A DNA stretch of 64,000 bases from Mycobacteriales bacterium (GTDB taxonomy: Bacteria > Actinomycetota > Actinomycetes > JAFAQI01): assembly GCA_035548125.1 (NCBI GenBank), contig DASZTV010000024.1, positions 3,231-67,230 on the forward strand, given 5' to 3'. Shown piece after piece: positions 34,806 through 46,205 of this stretch. Under the pieces are notes generated by a model that ran no database searches, was not told the origin of the DNA, and worked only from the letters and a program-made list of their open reading frames with translations. Numbering within the stretch: the stretch's first letter is position 1; each line of letters opens with the position of its first letter. The position numbers were made by a program, and so were the translations under genes.

Positions 34806-35693
34806 GTGGCACACTCGCCCGCAACGATGGGTACGACGTTCTCCGACCGGGTGCGCGCCTGGTACGACGCGAACGCCCGCGACCTGCCCTGGCGCGATCC
34901 GGCCGCCGATCCGTGGGGCGTGCTGGTCAGCGAGGTGATGCTGCAACAGACGCCGGTCAACCGGGTGCTTCCGGCGTGGGAGGCGTGGCTGTCGCGGTGG
35001 CCGACCCCGGCCGCCTTGGCGGCGGACTCACCCGGGGAGGCGGTGCGCGCGTGGGGCCGGCTCGGCTACCCCCGGCGTGCGCTTCGGCTGCATGCGACCG
35101 CGACCGCGATCGTGGAACGGCACGGCGGTTCGGTGCCGTCGGGCCACGACGAGCTGCTGGCACTGCCGGGAGTCGGCAGCTACACCGCCGCCGCCGTCGC
35201 CGCCTTCGGGTTCGGTGCCCGCCATGCGGTTCTCGACACCAACGTCCGCCGGGTGCACGCACGGGTGTTCCACGGCGCCGCGGACGCGCTCACGCCGTCA
35301 CCGACGAAGGCCGAGCGGGAGGCGGCGCTGGCTCTCGTGCCGACCGATGCGCCGGCGCGCCACAGCGTCGCCGTGATGGAGCTCGGCGCGCTGGTCTGCA
35401 CGGCACGCGATCCCCGGTGTCACGCCTGCCCGGTGAGCGACGAGTGCGGCTGGCTGGCCGCCGGACGGCCCCCCGCCGCGGCCACCCGCCGTACCCAGAC
35501 CTACGCCGGCACCGACCGGCAGGTCCGCGGCAGGCTGCTGGCCGTGCTGCGCGAAGCGGCGGACCTGGTCGCGAAACCCGAGCTCGACGTCGTGTGGCAC
35601 GACGAGACACAGCGCGAACGCTCGCTGGTCGGCCTGATCGAGGACGGTCTGGTCGAACCGGTCGGCGACGGCTTCTTCCGGCTTCCGACATGA
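34806..35693 (+). CDS. mutY: A/G-specific adenine DNA glycosylase
   Basis: ARDLPWR, VSEVMLQQTPV, LPGVGSYTAAAV (HhH-GPD) and the Fe-S Cys cluster C..ARDPRCHACPVSDEC. Alternative start ATG 34827. Confidence 0.92.
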   Translation: MAHSPATMGTTFSDRVRAWYDANARDLPWRDPAADPWGVLVSEVMLQQTPVNRVLPAWEAWLSRWPTPAALAADSPGEAVRAWGRLGYPRRALRLHATATAIVERHGGSVPSGHDELLALPGVGSYTAAAVAAFGFGARHAVLDTNVRRVHARVFHGAADALTPSPTKAEREAALALVPTDAPARHSVAVMELGALVCTARDPRCHACPVSDECGWLAAGRPPAAATRRTQTYAGTDRQVRGRLLAVLREAADLVAKPELDVVWHDETQRERSLVGLIEDGLVEPVGDGFFRLPT

Positions 35694-36358
35694 AGTACGC
35701 CTTCGCGCACCGAGGCGGTCGGGGGCACGGCCCCGACAACGTTCTGCCGACCTTCGCCGAGGCGTTGGCACGGGGCGCAACGGCCCTGGAAACCGACGCC
35801 TGGGTGACCGCCGACGGCATCGTGGTGCTCGACCATGACGGCGTGCACAACGCGGGGCGGCCGGATCAGGTCTCGATCACCCAGGTCCAACGCGATGCGC
35901 TCGCTCCGCACATCCCGACGCTCGCCGACCTGTACGAGCGCTGCGGTACCGACTTCGACCTCGCGATCGACATCAAAGGTGACGGTGCGGGCGAGGCGAT
36001 CAGCCGGGTCGCCGATGCGTACGGCGCGGCCGATCGCCTGTGGCTGTTCACCCCCAGTCCGGCCCGACCCGGAAAGGCCGCCCCGGCCCACCGCGGTGTG
36101 ACGGTTCCCGCGAGCGAGCTCCGGTCATCCGGCCGCGATCCGCTGCTCGAATCGCTGCGCGTCGAGGACATCCATGTGGTCAACGCACGTTGGCCGTTCT
36201 GGCGGCGGTCCGCGGTCAGGGCCGTGCACGAGCACGGAATGCTCGCGTTCGCCTGGGACGTGCAAGGGCCGCTCGCGCTGTGGTGGTGCAAACGCGTCGG
36301 CATCGACGGCATCTTCAGCGATCACATGCGCGTGTTGCGAGCCGCTCAGGCCGCGTAG
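35690..36358 (+). CDS. glycerophosphodiester phosphodiesterase family protein
   Basis: ATGA overlap with the mutY stop. MKYAFAHRGGRGHGPDNVLPTFAEALARGATALETDAWVTADGIVVLDHD is the GDPD signature. It sits inside a longer track ORF (34547..36358). Confidence 0.85.
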   Translation: MKYAFAHRGGRGHGPDNVLPTFAEALARGATALETDAWVTADGIVVLDHDGVHNAGRPDQVSITQVQRDALAPHIPTLADLYERCGTDFDLAIDIKGDGAGEAISRVADAYGAADRLWLFTPSPARPGKAAPAHRGVTVPASELRSSGRDPLLESLRVEDIHVVNARWPFWRRSAVRAVHEHGMLAFAWDVQGPLALWWCKRVGIDGIFSDHMRVLRAAQAA

Positions 36359-37098
36359 TTGCGCAGCACCCTCAACGCGGCATCGCCGTACGGGCCCGAT
36401 GTCTTCAGTCCAGAGTCTTCCGGCGACAGCCGCTGCGCCCCCACCCGGCAGAAAGCACCTGCCGCGCCGGTGATCCTGGACTCGGCGGCTGGATCGCCGT
36501 AGCTCCAGATCTCGCCGTCGGGCGAGGTGAGCTCGGCGTACACCGGTTGCGCCGACTGTCCGGCGACCTCGAAGCCGTACGGCAGCGTTCGGTGGGCCAG
36601 CCACGCGATGTGGCGCAGCCGATCGGTGTCCGGATAGTCGGCACCGAGCGGCTCGGCGATGTCGAGGGCATGCGCCCAGTGCTCGGCGAGCCGCGTAGTG
36701 GCCATGACCTGCGGCCGCAGCGGCGCCGCCGCCCACGGGAAGCGGGCGTCTGGATCGGCATGACGAAGCGCATCGACGGCGGCGCGACGAGCAGCCCGCC
36801 ACCGATCGAAGATCACGAACGGATCGCCGCGCTCCGCGCGCACCCGGTTCTCCATGATCTCGTCGAGCGTGTCGCCCGCGACGGGGATCGCGTCGATCAG
36901 CGAGACGTTCGCGCCCGTCACGCTGGAGACAACTGCTTCCTCGCTCTGGGCAAGATGCAGCACGACATCGGAGATGCTCCAGCCGGGCGCTGCCGAGGGG
37001 GACAGCCATCCCGCCTCGTCCAGCGCCGCGACCATTGCCTCGATGGCGTCCTGCTCCGCCTCGAGGTCAGCAATCACCTCGGCGCTGGCGCTCGTCAT
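36346..37098 (-). CDS. maleylpyruvate isomerase-family mycothiol-dependent enzyme (DinB-like)
   Basis: MTSASAEVIADLEAEQDAIEAMVAALDEAGWLSPSAAPGWSISDVVLHLAQSEE is a typical DinB/MDMPI N-terminal domain. Start at ATG 37098. The track ORF extends to 37251, into clpC. Confidence 0.8.
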   Translation of the reverse strand: MTSASAEVIADLEAEQDAIEAMVAALDEAGWLSPSAAPGWSISDVVLHLAQSEEAVVSSVTGANVSLIDAIPVAGDTLDEIMENRVRAERGDPFVIFDRWRAARRAAVDALRHADPDARFPWAAAPLRPQVMATTRLAEHWAHALDIAEPLGADYPDTDRLRHIAWLAHRTLPYGFEVAGQSAQPVYAELTSPDGEIWSYGDPAAESRITGAAGAFCRVGAQRLSPEDSGLKTSGPYGDAALRVLRNYAA

Positions 37099-37120
37099 CG
37101 TCCCCCCTGGGCGGACGGGG

Positions 37121-39649
37121 TCAGGCCTCGGCGGCCTTGCTGTCGCCTCCCGCCGATGCCGCACCGGCCTCGACCAGCGGCTCGTCCAGTGCCGTCGGCT
37201 TGGACTCGCCACGGAAGGTGAACCGTTCCTCGCCGTCGGTGTCCTCGACATCGACGACGACGATCTGGCCGGCGGTCAGCTCTCCGAAGAGGATCTTCTC
37301 CGACAGCGTGTCCTCGATCTCGCGCTGGATCGTGCGCCGCAGCGGCCGGGCGCCGAGCAGCGGGTCGTACCCGCGCCTGGCCAGCAGCCGCTTGGCGTCG
37401 GACGTCAGCTCGATCGCCATGTCGCGGTTCTTCATCTGCTCGTCGACGCGCGCGATCATCAGGTCGACGATCGTGACGATGTCGTCCTCGGACAGCTGGT
37501 GGAACACGATCGTGTCGTCCACGCGGTTGAGGAACTCCGGGCGGAAGTGGGTCTTCAGCTCGTCGTTGACCTTGAGCTTCATCCGCTCGTAGTTGTTCAC
37601 GTCGTGATCGCCCGCGGCGAAGCCGAGGTTCAGGCCCTTGGCGATGTCGCGGGTGCCGAGGTTCGTCGTCATGATGATCACGGTGTTCTTGAAGTCCACC
37701 GTGCGACCCTGCGAATCGGTGAGCCTGCCGTCCTCCAGCACCTGGAGCAGCGCGTTGAACACGTCCGGGTGTGCCTTCTCGATCTCGTCGAAAAGCACGA
37801 CCGAGAACGGCTTGCGGCGCACGCGCTCGGTGAGCTGGCCGCCTTCCTCGTAGCCGACGTATCCAGGAGGCGAGCCGACCAGGCGCGAGACGGTGTGCTT
37901 CTCCATGAACTCGCTCATGTCGAGCTGGATCAGCGAGTCCTCGTCACCGAACAGGAACTCGGCAAGCGTCTTGGACAGCTCGGTCTTCCCGACACCGGAC
38001 GGGCCGGCGAAGATGAACGAGCCGCCGGGGCGCTTCGGGTCCTTCAGACCGGCACGGGTACGACGGATGGCCTGCGCGACCGCCTTGACGGCCTGCTCCT
38101 GGCCGATGACGCGCTTGTGCAGCTCGTCCTCCATGCGAAGCAGCCGGGCGGTCTCTTCCTCGGTCAGCTTGAAGACCGGGATGCCGGTCCACGTCGCGAG
38201 GACCTCGGCGATCTCCTCGTCGGTGACCTCGGCGACGACGTCCATGTCGCCGGCCTTCCACTCGCGCTCTCGATCGGCCTTCTGCGCGAGCAGCTGCTTC
38301 TCGTTGTCGCGAAGGGCGGCAGCCTTCTCGAAGTCCTGCGCGTCGATCGCGCTCTCCTTCTCGCGACGAACCGACGCGATCTTCTCGTCGAACTCCCGCA
38401 GGTCCGGCGGCGCGGTCATCCGCCGGATCCGCATCCGGGAGCCGGCCTCGTCGATCAGGTCGATCGCCTTGTCCGGCAGGAACCGGTCGGAGATGTAGCG
38501 GTCGGCCAGCTGAGCCGCGGCGACCAGGGCGGCGTCGGTGATCGAGACCCGGTGGTGCGCTTCGTACCGGTCGCGCAACCCCTTGAGGATCTCAATGGTG
38601 TGCGCGAGGGTCGGCTCGCCGACCTGGATCGGCTGGAACCGGCGCTCGAGCGCAGCGTCCTTCTCGAGGTACTTGCGGTACTCGTCGAGGGTCGTCGCCC
38701 CAATCGTCTGGAGCTCACCGCGAGCAAGCATCGGCTTGAGGATCGACGCGGCGTCAATCGCACCCTCGGCCGCGCCCGCACCGACCAAGGTGTGAATCTC
38801 GTCGATGAAAAGAATGATGTCGCCGCGGGTGCGAATCTCCTTGAGCACCTTCTTCAGGCGCTCTTCGAAATCACCGCGGTAACGGCTTCCGGCGACCAAG
38901 GCGCCGAGGTCGAGCGTGTAAAGCTGCTTTTCTTTGAGGTTCTCAGGGACCTCGCCCTTCACGATTCCCTGCGCGAGACCTTCGACAACCGCGGTCTTTC
39001 CGACGCCGGGCTCCCCGATCAGGACCGGGTTGTTCTTGGTACGGCGCGACAGCACCTGCATGACGCGCTCGATTTCCTTTTCGCGCCCGATGACCGGGTC
39101 GAGCTTTCCCTCGCGCGCCGCCTGCGTCAGGTTGCGGCCGAACTGGTCGAGGACAAGCGAGGTGCTCGGGGCGCCCTCGCCGACACCGCCGGCGGCCGCG
39201 GGTTCCTTGCCCTGGTAGCCGGACAGCAGCTGGATGACCTGCTGGCGCACCCGGTTGAGGTCCGCGCCGAGCTTGACGAGCACCTGCGCGGCGACACCTT
39301 CGCCCTCGCGGATCAGCCCGAGCAGGATGTGCTCGGTCCCGATGTAGTTGTGCCCAAGCTGCAGGGCCTCGCGGAGGCTGAGCTCGAGAACCTTCTTGGC
39401 GCGGGGCGTGAAGGGGATGTGGCCGCTCGGTGCCTGCTGGCCCTGGCCGATGATCTCTTCGACCTGCTGACGCACGCCTTCGAGCGAGATGCCGAGCGAC
39501 TCGAGCGCTTTGGCGGCAACACCTTCGCCCTCGTGGATCAGGCCGAGCAGGATGTGCTCGGTCCCGATGTAGTTGTGGTTGAGCATCCTGGCCTCTTCCT
39601 GAGCCAGGACAACGACCCGACGTGCGCGGTCGGTAAATCTTTCGAACAT
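37121..39649 (-). CDS. clpC: ATP-dependent Clp protease ATP-binding subunit ClpC1
   Basis: 842-aa ORF with a duplicated Clp-N repeat ([14 protein letters not shown] twice), two AAA+ modules ([16 protein letters not shown]) and a UVR linker. Confidence 0.97.
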   Translation of the reverse strand: MFERFTDRARRVVVLAQEEARMLNHNYIGTEHILLGLIHEGEGVAAKALESLGISLEGVRQQVEEIIGQGQQAPSGHIPFTPRAKKVLELSLREALQLGHNYIGTEHILLGLIREGEGVAAQVLVKLGADLNRVRQQVIQLLSGYQGKEPAAAGGVGEGAPSTSLVLDQFGRNLTQAAREGKLDPVIGREKEIERVMQVLSRRTKNNPVLIGEPGVGKTAVVEGLAQGIVKGEVPENLKEKQLYTLDLGALVAGSRYRGDFEERLKKVLKEIRTRGDIILFIDEIHTLVGAGAAEGAIDAASILKPMLARGELQTIGATTLDEYRKYLEKDAALERRFQPIQVGEPTLAHTIEILKGLRDRYEAHHRVSITDAALVAAAQLADRYISDRFLPDKAIDLIDEAGSRMRIRRMTAPPDLREFDEKIASVRREKESAIDAQDFEKAAALRDNEKQLLAQKADREREWKAGDMDVVAEVTDEEIAEVLATWTGIPVFKLTEEETARLLRMEDELHKRVIGQEQAVKAVAQAIRRTRAGLKDPKRPGGSFIFAGPSGVGKTELSKTLAEFLFGDEDSLIQLDMSEFMEKHTVSRLVGSPPGYVGYEEGGQLTERVRRKPFSVVLFDEIEKAHPDVFNALLQVLEDGRLTDSQGRTVDFKNTVIIMTTNLGTRDIAKGLNLGFAAGDHDVNNYERMKLKVNDELKTHFRPEFLNRVDDTIVFHQLSEDDIVTIVDLMIARVDEQMKNRDMAIELTSDAKRLLARRGYDPLLGARPLRRTIQREIEDTLSEKILFGELTAGQIVVVDVEDTDGEERFTFRGESKPTALDEPLVEAGAASAGGDSKAAEA

Positions 39650-39823
39650 GCTCGCTCCTCGACCGAAGCGGGTCGCCCCGTCTTTCGCATGCTAGCCCCG
39701 GGCAGTGAGCGTCGTGTGCCGCTGTCCAGAACCTTCACCCTTAAAGACGCAACAAGCCGTGAAGCTGGTTCGATTTCCGTTTCAGCCGCTGGCGAAACGC
39801 CACGAAACATGAAGATTCAGTTG

Positions 39824-40156
39824 CTAATGACCCGCAGCCGTGTACCGCTCGATGACGTCCGCGGCGACGCGGCCGCGCTCGCTGACCTTGATGCCGTTGG
39901 ACTTCGCCCAGGCGCGGACCGCTGCGGGGTCCACCCCCGTCGCGACCTTGCGACGTCCGGCGCCCGAGCTGACCCGACCGGCTCGGCGGGCACCGCCGAC
40001 GTAGGTCGCAAACGCGTCGCGCAGCTGTGCCGCGTGCGCCGCGCAGAGGTCGATCTCGTAGGCCGCACCGTCCAATGAGAACCGAATCGTCTCGGTGCCT
40101 TCGGTGTCGTCGTCGTGGAGGTCGCAGACGAGCAACACCTGAACGCGCTGAGCCAT
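39824..40156 (-). CDS. lsr2: nucleoid-associated protein Lsr2
   Basis: MAQRVQVLLVCDLHDDDTEGTETIRFSLDGAAYEIDLCAAHAAQLRDAF... with C-terminal ...VRAWAKSNGIKVSERGRV AT-hook-like DNA-binding motif. The track ORF extends to 40222. Confidence 0.93.
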   Translation of the reverse strand: MAQRVQVLLVCDLHDDDTEGTETIRFSLDGAAYEIDLCAAHAAQLRDAFATYVGGARRAGRVSSGAGRRKVATGVDPAAVRAWAKSNGIKVSERGRVAADVIERYTAAGH

Positions 40157-40218
40157 GGGGAAGTCTCCTCGTGAGGGCGAAATGCTGAGGGAAAAGTACG
40201 TCACTGTTTCGTCGACAC

Positions 40219-40246
40219 ACAAATGCCGTACTTAACCGGCATTTGT
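40219..40246 (-). terminator. hairpin immediately after the lysS stop (candidate terminator upstream of lsr2)
   Basis: ACAAATGCCG-tacttaac-CGGCATTTGT is a perfect 10-bp stem. It sits 2 nt from the lysS TAA, in an AT-richer spacer. There is no clear U-tract on the minus strand. Confidence 0.5.
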
Positions 40247-40248
40247 CG

Positions 40249-41736
40249 TTATTCGGGTCGTACGAAGGGGAACGTAATCGTCTGCCGTAGGTTTTCGCCG
40301 GTCAGCAATGCGAGTAATCGGTCGATTCCCATCCCCATTCCGCCCATCGGCGGGGCACCGTGTTCGAGGGCGCGGAGGAAGTCCTCGTCGAGCTGCATCG
40401 CCTCGGCGTCCCCGCCCGCGGCCTTCATCGACTGCTCGGTGAGCCGCCGACGCTGCTCGACCGGGTCGACCAGCTCGGAGTACGCCGGGGCGAGCTCGAC
40501 CCCGTTGACGACCAGGTCCCACGCCTCGGCGAGCCGCGGGTCGTCGCGGTGCGGCCGAGCGAGCGGACGAACCGACGCCGGGTAGTCCCGGACGAACGTC
40601 GGCTCGATCAGGGCGTGCTCGACCAGCTGCTCGTAGAGCTCGAGGACGATCTCGCCTTCGTCCCACCCCGGCTGCAGCGCCACGTCGCGGGAGCCGGCCA
40701 GCCGGACGAGCTCTTCCTTCGAGGTGTCGATCGTCACCTCGCTGCCCAGCGCCTCGCTGACCGCGCCGAAGACCGTCACGGATCGCCACGGCACGTCGAG
40801 GTCGATCTCCCCGCCGCCGGTGCGGGGCACCACGGTGCTCCCGGCGGCGCGCGCGGCGTTGATCACCAGGTCCCTGGTCAGCTCCGCCATCGTGTCGTAG
40901 TCGCCGTACGCCTCGTACGCCTCGAGCATCGAGAAGTCGTTGGCGTGCGTCGCGTCGACACCCTCGTTGCGGAAGGTGCGACCGATCTCGTAGACGCGTT
41001 CGATGCCGCCGACGACCAGGCGCTTCAAGTACAGCTCCAAGGCGATCCGCAGGTAGACCGGGACGTCGAAGGCGTTCATGTGGCTCTCGTACGGTCGAGC
41101 CGAGGCGCCACCATGCAGCGGCTGCAGGATCGGCGTCTCCACCTCGATGTAGCCGCGGGCACCGAGCGTCTGTCGCAGCGACGCGAGCACGGTCGCCCGC
41201 AGCTCGACGATCCGACGCGAATCCGGGTTGACGATCAGGTCGACGTAGCGGCGCCGGACCCGTGACTCCTCGTCGACCAGGCCCTTCCACTTCTCCGGTA
41301 GCGGTCTCAGCGCCTTGCTCGCAAGCGTCCACGACTCCGCCATCACCGACAGCTCGCCCCGCCGGCTGCACACCACCTCACCGTCCACGCTGACGTGGTC
41401 GCCGAGATCGATGTCGCGCTTCCAGGCATCGAGCAGGTCCGCCCCCAACCGGTCCAGCGACAACATCACCTGCAGGTCTCCGCTGCCGTCGCGCAGCGTG
41501 GCAAAGCACAGCTTCCCGCCGTCGCGCTTGAGCATCACCCGGCCGACGACGCTGACCCGTTCCCCGGTAGCGGCGTCCGGCGTCAGGTCCGGGTAGGCCG
41601 CGCGCAGCGCCGCGTTGGTCGTCGTGCGGCGAACGGAGACGGGATATCCCTCGACGCCGGCGGCCTGGATCCGGTCGAGCTTCTCGCGACGGATGCGTTC
41701 CTGCTCGGAAAGCTCGTCCTGCTCAGCCACGTTCAC
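40249..41736 (-). CDS. lysS: lysine--tRNA ligase (class II)
   Basis: 495-aa ORF with an OB-fold N-domain and class II motifs (FRNEG, GGMGMGIDRL). Confidence 0.96.
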   Translation of the reverse strand: MNVAEQDELSEQERIRREKLDRIQAAGVEGYPVSVRRTTTNAALRAAYPDLTPDAATGERVSVVGRVMLKRDGGKLCFATLRDGSGDLQVMLSLDRLGADLLDAWKRDIDLGDHVSVDGEVVCSRRGELSVMAESWTLASKALRPLPEKWKGLVDEESRVRRRYVDLIVNPDSRRIVELRATVLASLRQTLGARGYIEVETPILQPLHGGASARPYESHMNAFDVPVYLRIALELYLKRLVVGGIERVYEIGRTFRNEGVDATHANDFSMLEAYEAYGDYDTMAELTRDLVINAARAAGSTVVPRTGGGEIDLDVPWRSVTVFGAVSEALGSEVTIDTSKEELVRLAGSRDVALQPGWDEGEIVLELYEQLVEHALIEPTFVRDYPASVRPLARPHRDDPRLAEAWDLVVNGVELAPAYSELVDPVEQRRRLTEQSMKAAGGDAEAMQLDEDFLRALEHGAPPMGGMGMGIDRLLALLTGENLRQTITFPFVRPE

Positions 41737-41799
41737 CTCCCACCTGCCGCCCGACGTCGGTGCCGGCTTCGCCGGCGCGGATTTTTCGCGGGAAGTATT

Positions 41800-42570
<771 letters not shown>

Positions 42571-42597
42571 CCCTCGTACCCCGTTCGGGTTGCGAGC

Positions 42598-43020
42598 TCA
42601 GTGGTTGCCGGCGATGGCATCGCCGCGCATCAGATCCATGCCCGCGAGCGCTTCGGCCGGGTCACTGCCGGTCCCGACGATGCGGTTCTCGGAGTCGACG
42701 AACACCACGCTCGGCTTCAGCTCTCGCGCCTCCGCGTCGGTGACCGTGCAGTAGCTGATGATGATCACCAGGTCGCCCTCGTGCACCAGCCGCGCCGCGG
42801 CGCCGTTGATGCCGATCACGCCACTGCCGCGAGGTCCGGCGATCACGTACGTCTCCAGCCGCGAACCGTTGTTGATGTCGACGATCGCCACCTGCTCGCC
42901 GGCAAGCAGATCCGCCGCGTCCATCAGGTCCTCGTCGATCGTGACCGACCCGACGTAGTGCAGGTCGGCCTGCGTCACGGTGGCGCGGTGCAGCTTGCTC
43001 TTGAGCATGGTGCGAAACAT
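42598..43020 (-). CDS. panD: aspartate 1-decarboxylase
   Basis: [33 protein letters not shown] contains the self-processing Gly-Ser site. Confidence 0.96.
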   Translation of the reverse strand: MFRTMLKSKLHRATVTQADLHYVGSVTIDEDLMDAADLLAGEQVAIVDINNGSRLETYVIAGPRGSGVIGINGAAARLVHEGDLVIIISYCTVTDAEARELKPSVVFVDSENRIVGTGSDPAEALAGMDLMRGDAIAGNH

Positions 43021-43072
43021 CGAACGTGCTCCTCCGGTCCTTCAGCCCACCAGGGGTGCCGAGGCACTCTTT

Positions 43073-43912
43073 CTATCGCGCGAGCAGCGCGACATCTCCA
43101 TTGTCAATCAATCTGGTCCCGCCGACACGCGCGGCCACCAAAATCTTTCCGAACCGCGTTCTGTTTCCGGCCCGCTCCCAGGTCTCCGGATCGACGATCT
43201 CGGCGTAGTCGAGGGAGAGCCCGGGCTCCCGCTGGAGCCGTTCGCGAACCGCCTCGATGACCGCTTCCGGACCGTCGGCAGCCCGCGCCTCGCCCGCTCG
43301 GATCGCCTGCGGGATCGCGCCTGCGATCCGGCGCTCCGCTTCGCTCAGGTAGCGGTTGCGGGACGACATCGCAAGGCCGTCCGGCTCGCGGACGGTCGGT
43401 ACGCCGATGATCTCGACCGCGCGGGCCTGTTCGGCGACCATCCGCCTGATGACCGCAAGCTGCTGGGCGTCCTTCTCACCGAACACCGCGACGTCGGGAC
43501 GCGTGAGGTCCAGCAGTCGTGACACCACCGTCGCCACCCCGTCGAAGTGGCCGGGCCGGTGCGCGCCCTCGAGAACCGTCGCGAGCGGGCCCGCCGTGAC
43601 CACAGGGACCTCTTCGCCGGCCGGATAGATCTCCTCTACCGAAGGCGTGAAGGCAACCGCCACTCCGCGCGACCGACACAGCTCCAAGTCGGCGTCGAGG
43701 GTCCGCGGGTAGCGGTCGAGGTCCTCGCCCGCCCCGAACTGCCGCGGGTTGACGAAGATGGTCGCGATCACCTGATCGGCGTGCTCGCGCGCGACCTCCA
43801 TGAGCCGGCCGTGGCCTTCGTGCAAGGCCCCCATGGTCATCACAACGCCCACCCGGCCGGCCAACGCGGCGCGAGCAGCCTCGAGCTCCGACCGGGTCGT
43901 GACGCTAATCAT
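43073..43912 (-). CDS. panC: pantoate--beta-alanine ligase
   Basis: MGALHEGH (HxGH) motif, FVNPRQF, and GEKDAQQL. Start placed at ATG 43912. The track ORF starts at 43936. Confidence 0.93.
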   Translation of the reverse strand: MISVTTRSELEAARAALAGRVGVVMTMGALHEGHGRLMEVAREHADQVIATIFVNPRQFGAGEDLDRYPRTLDADLELCRSRGVAVAFTPSVEEIYPAGEEVPVVTAGPLATVLEGAHRPGHFDGVATVVSRLLDLTRPDVAVFGEKDAQQLAVIRRMVAEQARAVEIIGVPTVREPDGLAMSSRNRYLSEAERRIAGAIPQAIRAGEARAADGPEAVIEAVRERLQREPGLSLDYAEIVDPETWERAGNRTRFGKILVAARVGGTRLIDNGDVALLAR

Positions 43913-44804
43913 GGTCTGGCCTGGTCGCCAGCGCATCGAGCAGCGTCGCGGCGGCGTCGACGTCGAGCAAACCTGCGGCGAGGGCGCGCGTTGCGGTCAG
44001 TCGGGCCATCGCAACGTAGGCGTCCACCGACTCCGGCGCGCGGGTCGCAAGCGTCACGAGATGCTTGGCGACGGTGCCGGCGTCCCCGCGCGCCACCGGA
44101 CCGGTCAGCGCTCGGTCGCCGCTGCGCAGCGCGTTGTCCAAGGCTGCGCCGAGCAGCGGGCCGAGCATTCGTTGCGGCTCCTCGACCCCCGCCGCGGCCA
44201 ACAGCTCCGCCGACTGGGCGACGAGGGTCACCAGGTGGTTCGCTCCGAACGCGAGACCTGCGTGGTAGAGCGGTCGAAGGGCTTCCGTGACCCAGCTCGG
44301 CTCCCCGCCCATCTCGACGACGAGGGTCTCGGCGACCGGGCGGAGCACCTCCTCGCTCGTCACTCCCCACGCCGCGCCGGTGAGGCGCTGCAGGTCGACC
44401 TCGGTGCCGGTGAACGTCATGACCGGATGCAGCGCGAGCGGCAATGCGCCGCGTTCGGTCAGCGGATCGAGGACACGGGTGCCGTGCGCCCCGCTGGTGT
44501 GCATCACGAGGGTTCCGCGCCGAACCACATCAGCCGTCGCGAGTCCCCCGACGAGCGGCGCCAACGCGTCGTCCGGCACCGCGAGCACGAGGAGATCGGC
44601 CACGCCGGCCACCTCGTCCGGCGGACGGACGGCCACGCCGGGAAGCAGATCAGCTGCCCGACGACGGCTCGCATCCGAGACTCCCGCAACCGCCACGACG
44701 CGATGACCCGCACGCGCCAGCGCCGCGCCCAAGGTCGCACCTACCCGACCGGCGCTGATCACGCCCACGGCAAGTCGCGCCGGACGATCGGCTGGCGTGG
44801 TCAT
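43905..44804 (-). CDS. Rossmann-like/DUF2520 domain protein (Rv3603c-like, ketopantoate reductase-like)
   Basis: N-terminal VGVISAGRVGATLGAALARAGH dinucleotide-binding motif. Conserved position upstream of panC. Confidence 0.8.
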   Translation of the reverse strand: MTTPADRPARLAVGVISAGRVGATLGAALARAGHRVVAVAGVSDASRRRAADLLPGVAVRPPDEVAGVADLLVLAVPDDALAPLVGGLATADVVRRGTLVMHTSGAHGTRVLDPLTERGALPLALHPVMTFTGTEVDLQRLTGAAWGVTSEEVLRPVAETLVVEMGGEPSWVTEALRPLYHAGLAFGANHLVTLVAQSAELLAAAGVEEPQRMLGPLLGAALDNALRSGDRALTGPVARGDAGTVAKHLVTLATRAPESVDAYVAMARLTATRALAAGLLDVDAAATLLDALATRPDHD

Positions 44805-44904
44805 GTCGAAGGTCGTTCCAGTCCTGTGAGGGTCCCGGACGGAACGCAGCCTACGACGTACGGTCAGATCAGCAGAGCGACGGCGAGGCGGGTGGAAGCG
44901 AAAC

Positions 44905-45846
44905 GTGGCGTGGCGTACCTGGCGGCAGGCGATGGCCGACGCTCTGTACGGCGACGGCGGGTTCTACGTCGGTACCGACGTCCCCGCCCGGCACTTTCGG
45001 ACTGCTGCGCATACCGGCCAGGTGTGGGCGACCGCGATGGCGGAGCTCGGCCGACGAGTCGACTCGGCACTCGGCGAGCCGGACGCCTTCACGTTCGTCG
45101 ACGTCGGTGCCGGCGGCGGCGAGCTGCTCACCCGGCTCGCCGAGCTTGCACCGCCGAGGTGGTCGCTCCTGGGCATCGATGTCGCACGGCGACCGCCGGC
45201 GCTACCCGCGCGAGTCGGCTGGCAACGCCAGTTCCCGGACGAGGTCCACGGCGTCGTGCTCGCTGTCGAGTTGTTGGACGTCGTTCCCCTGGACTCGGTC
45301 GAGCTCACGGCCGACGGGATGCGGGTGGTCGAGGTCGACGATGAAGGGCTCGAGCGGATCGGAGCAAAGGCGGAACCGGCCGACCGCGACTGGATCGCTC
45401 GCTGGTGGCCGTTGCGCGCGCTCGGTGAGCGGGCCGAGGTCGGGCACCCGCGCGAGGCGATGTGGCGGGAGATCACCGATCGGATCTCGTCAGGCCTGGC
45501 ACTTGCGGTCGACTACGCCGCGAACCCGGCCGAGCATCTTGCGGGCACGCTGACCGGCTACCGGAACGGCCACCCCCGTACGCCGGTGCCGGACGGCTCG
45601 ATGGACCTCACCTCGCATGTGCTGTTCGAGTCACTCCTGTCCGCGGGCGACACGCTGCTCGCGCAGCGAGAGGCGCTGCGCCGGCTCGGTGTCGTCGCGA
45701 CGCCGCCCGACTATCGCAACGATCCGGAGGTCTATCTCACCGAGCTCACCAGGGCCTCCGAAGCGGCGGAACTGATGAATCCCTACACGTTCGGCGGCTT
45801 CACCTGGCTGCTCCATCCGGTCGGCATCCCGCAGCTATTCCGTTAG
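44905..45846 (+). CDS. SAM-dependent methyltransferase, MidA/NDUFAF7 (DUF185) family
   Basis: ALYGDGGFY N-terminus, SAM motif I FVDVGAGGGELL, ...AVELLDVVP..., ...ALAVDYA..., GTLTGYRNGH and DLTSHVLFESL. This is the pattern I associate with DUF185/MidA. Confidence 0.75.
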   Translation: MAWRTWRQAMADALYGDGGFYVGTDVPARHFRTAAHTGQVWATAMAELGRRVDSALGEPDAFTFVDVGAGGGELLTRLAELAPPRWSLLGIDVARRPPALPARVGWQRQFPDEVHGVVLAVELLDVVPLDSVELTADGMRVVEVDDEGLERIGAKAEPADRDWIARWWPLRALGERAEVGHPREAMWREITDRISSGLALAVDYAANPAEHLAGTLTGYRNGHPRTPVPDGSMDLTSHVLFESLLSAGDTLLAQREALRRLGVVATPPDYRNDPEVYLTELTRASEAAELMNPYTFGGFTWLLHPVGIPQLFR

Positions 45847-46197
45847 CGGCCAGCCGTTCGCGAGACGGAACTCGCGGTTGAGGAACTTCGGCACGCACAT
45901 CGTCCACGCGTCGAGAACCAGCTCGCGCATCTCCTCGACGTCGATCGCCGCGAGGCGGACGACGACCCAGTTGAAGCGCAGATCCGACTCGCGCGGCATC
46001 AGGAACTTGTCGGGCTCGCCCGCGACCAGCGCCGCCCGCTCCGCCTTCGGGAAGCCGAAGCCCATCACCTGCTCGTCCCGGGAAACACCTGCGTACACGA
46101 TCTGCTTGATGCGATACCGCGCGCTGCCGCGGACGTACCCCAACTCGGTTCGCGGCAGGGTCACCGCGAAGTCCCGAACGTCGAGTGCGCTGACCAC
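45835..46197 (-). CDS. MmcQ/YjbR family DNA-binding protein
   Basis: 120-aa ORF whose length and pattern (…FAVTLP…YRIKQIVYAGVS…FGFPKAERAALV…) are typical of YjbR-like proteins. Convergent 12-nt overlap with the methyltransferase gene. Confidence 0.7.
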   Translation of the reverse strand: MVSALDVRDFAVTLPRTELGYVRGSARYRIKQIVYAGVSRDEQVMGFGFPKAERAALVAGEPDKFLMPRESDLRFNWVVVRLAAIDVEEMRELVLDAWTMCVPKFLNREFRLANGWPLTE

Positions 46198-46205
46198 TCC
46201 GCGAC

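Noticed and set aside
34162-34824. Could the gene upstream of cheB be the missing chemoreceptor?
   Set aside because: It is only about 200 aa, with a single TM helix and a Cys-containing beta-rich ectodomain. There is no HAMP domain and no methyl-accepting coiled-coil signalling domain.
36854-40078. 1074-aa plus-strand ORF, the longest in the track
   Set aside because: It is exactly antisense to clpC1 and lsr2. Its product is low-complexity and Arg/Asp/Leu/Gly-rich with no recognisable motif, whereas the minus strand encodes an unmistakable ClpC. It is a typical high-GC antisense ORF artefact.
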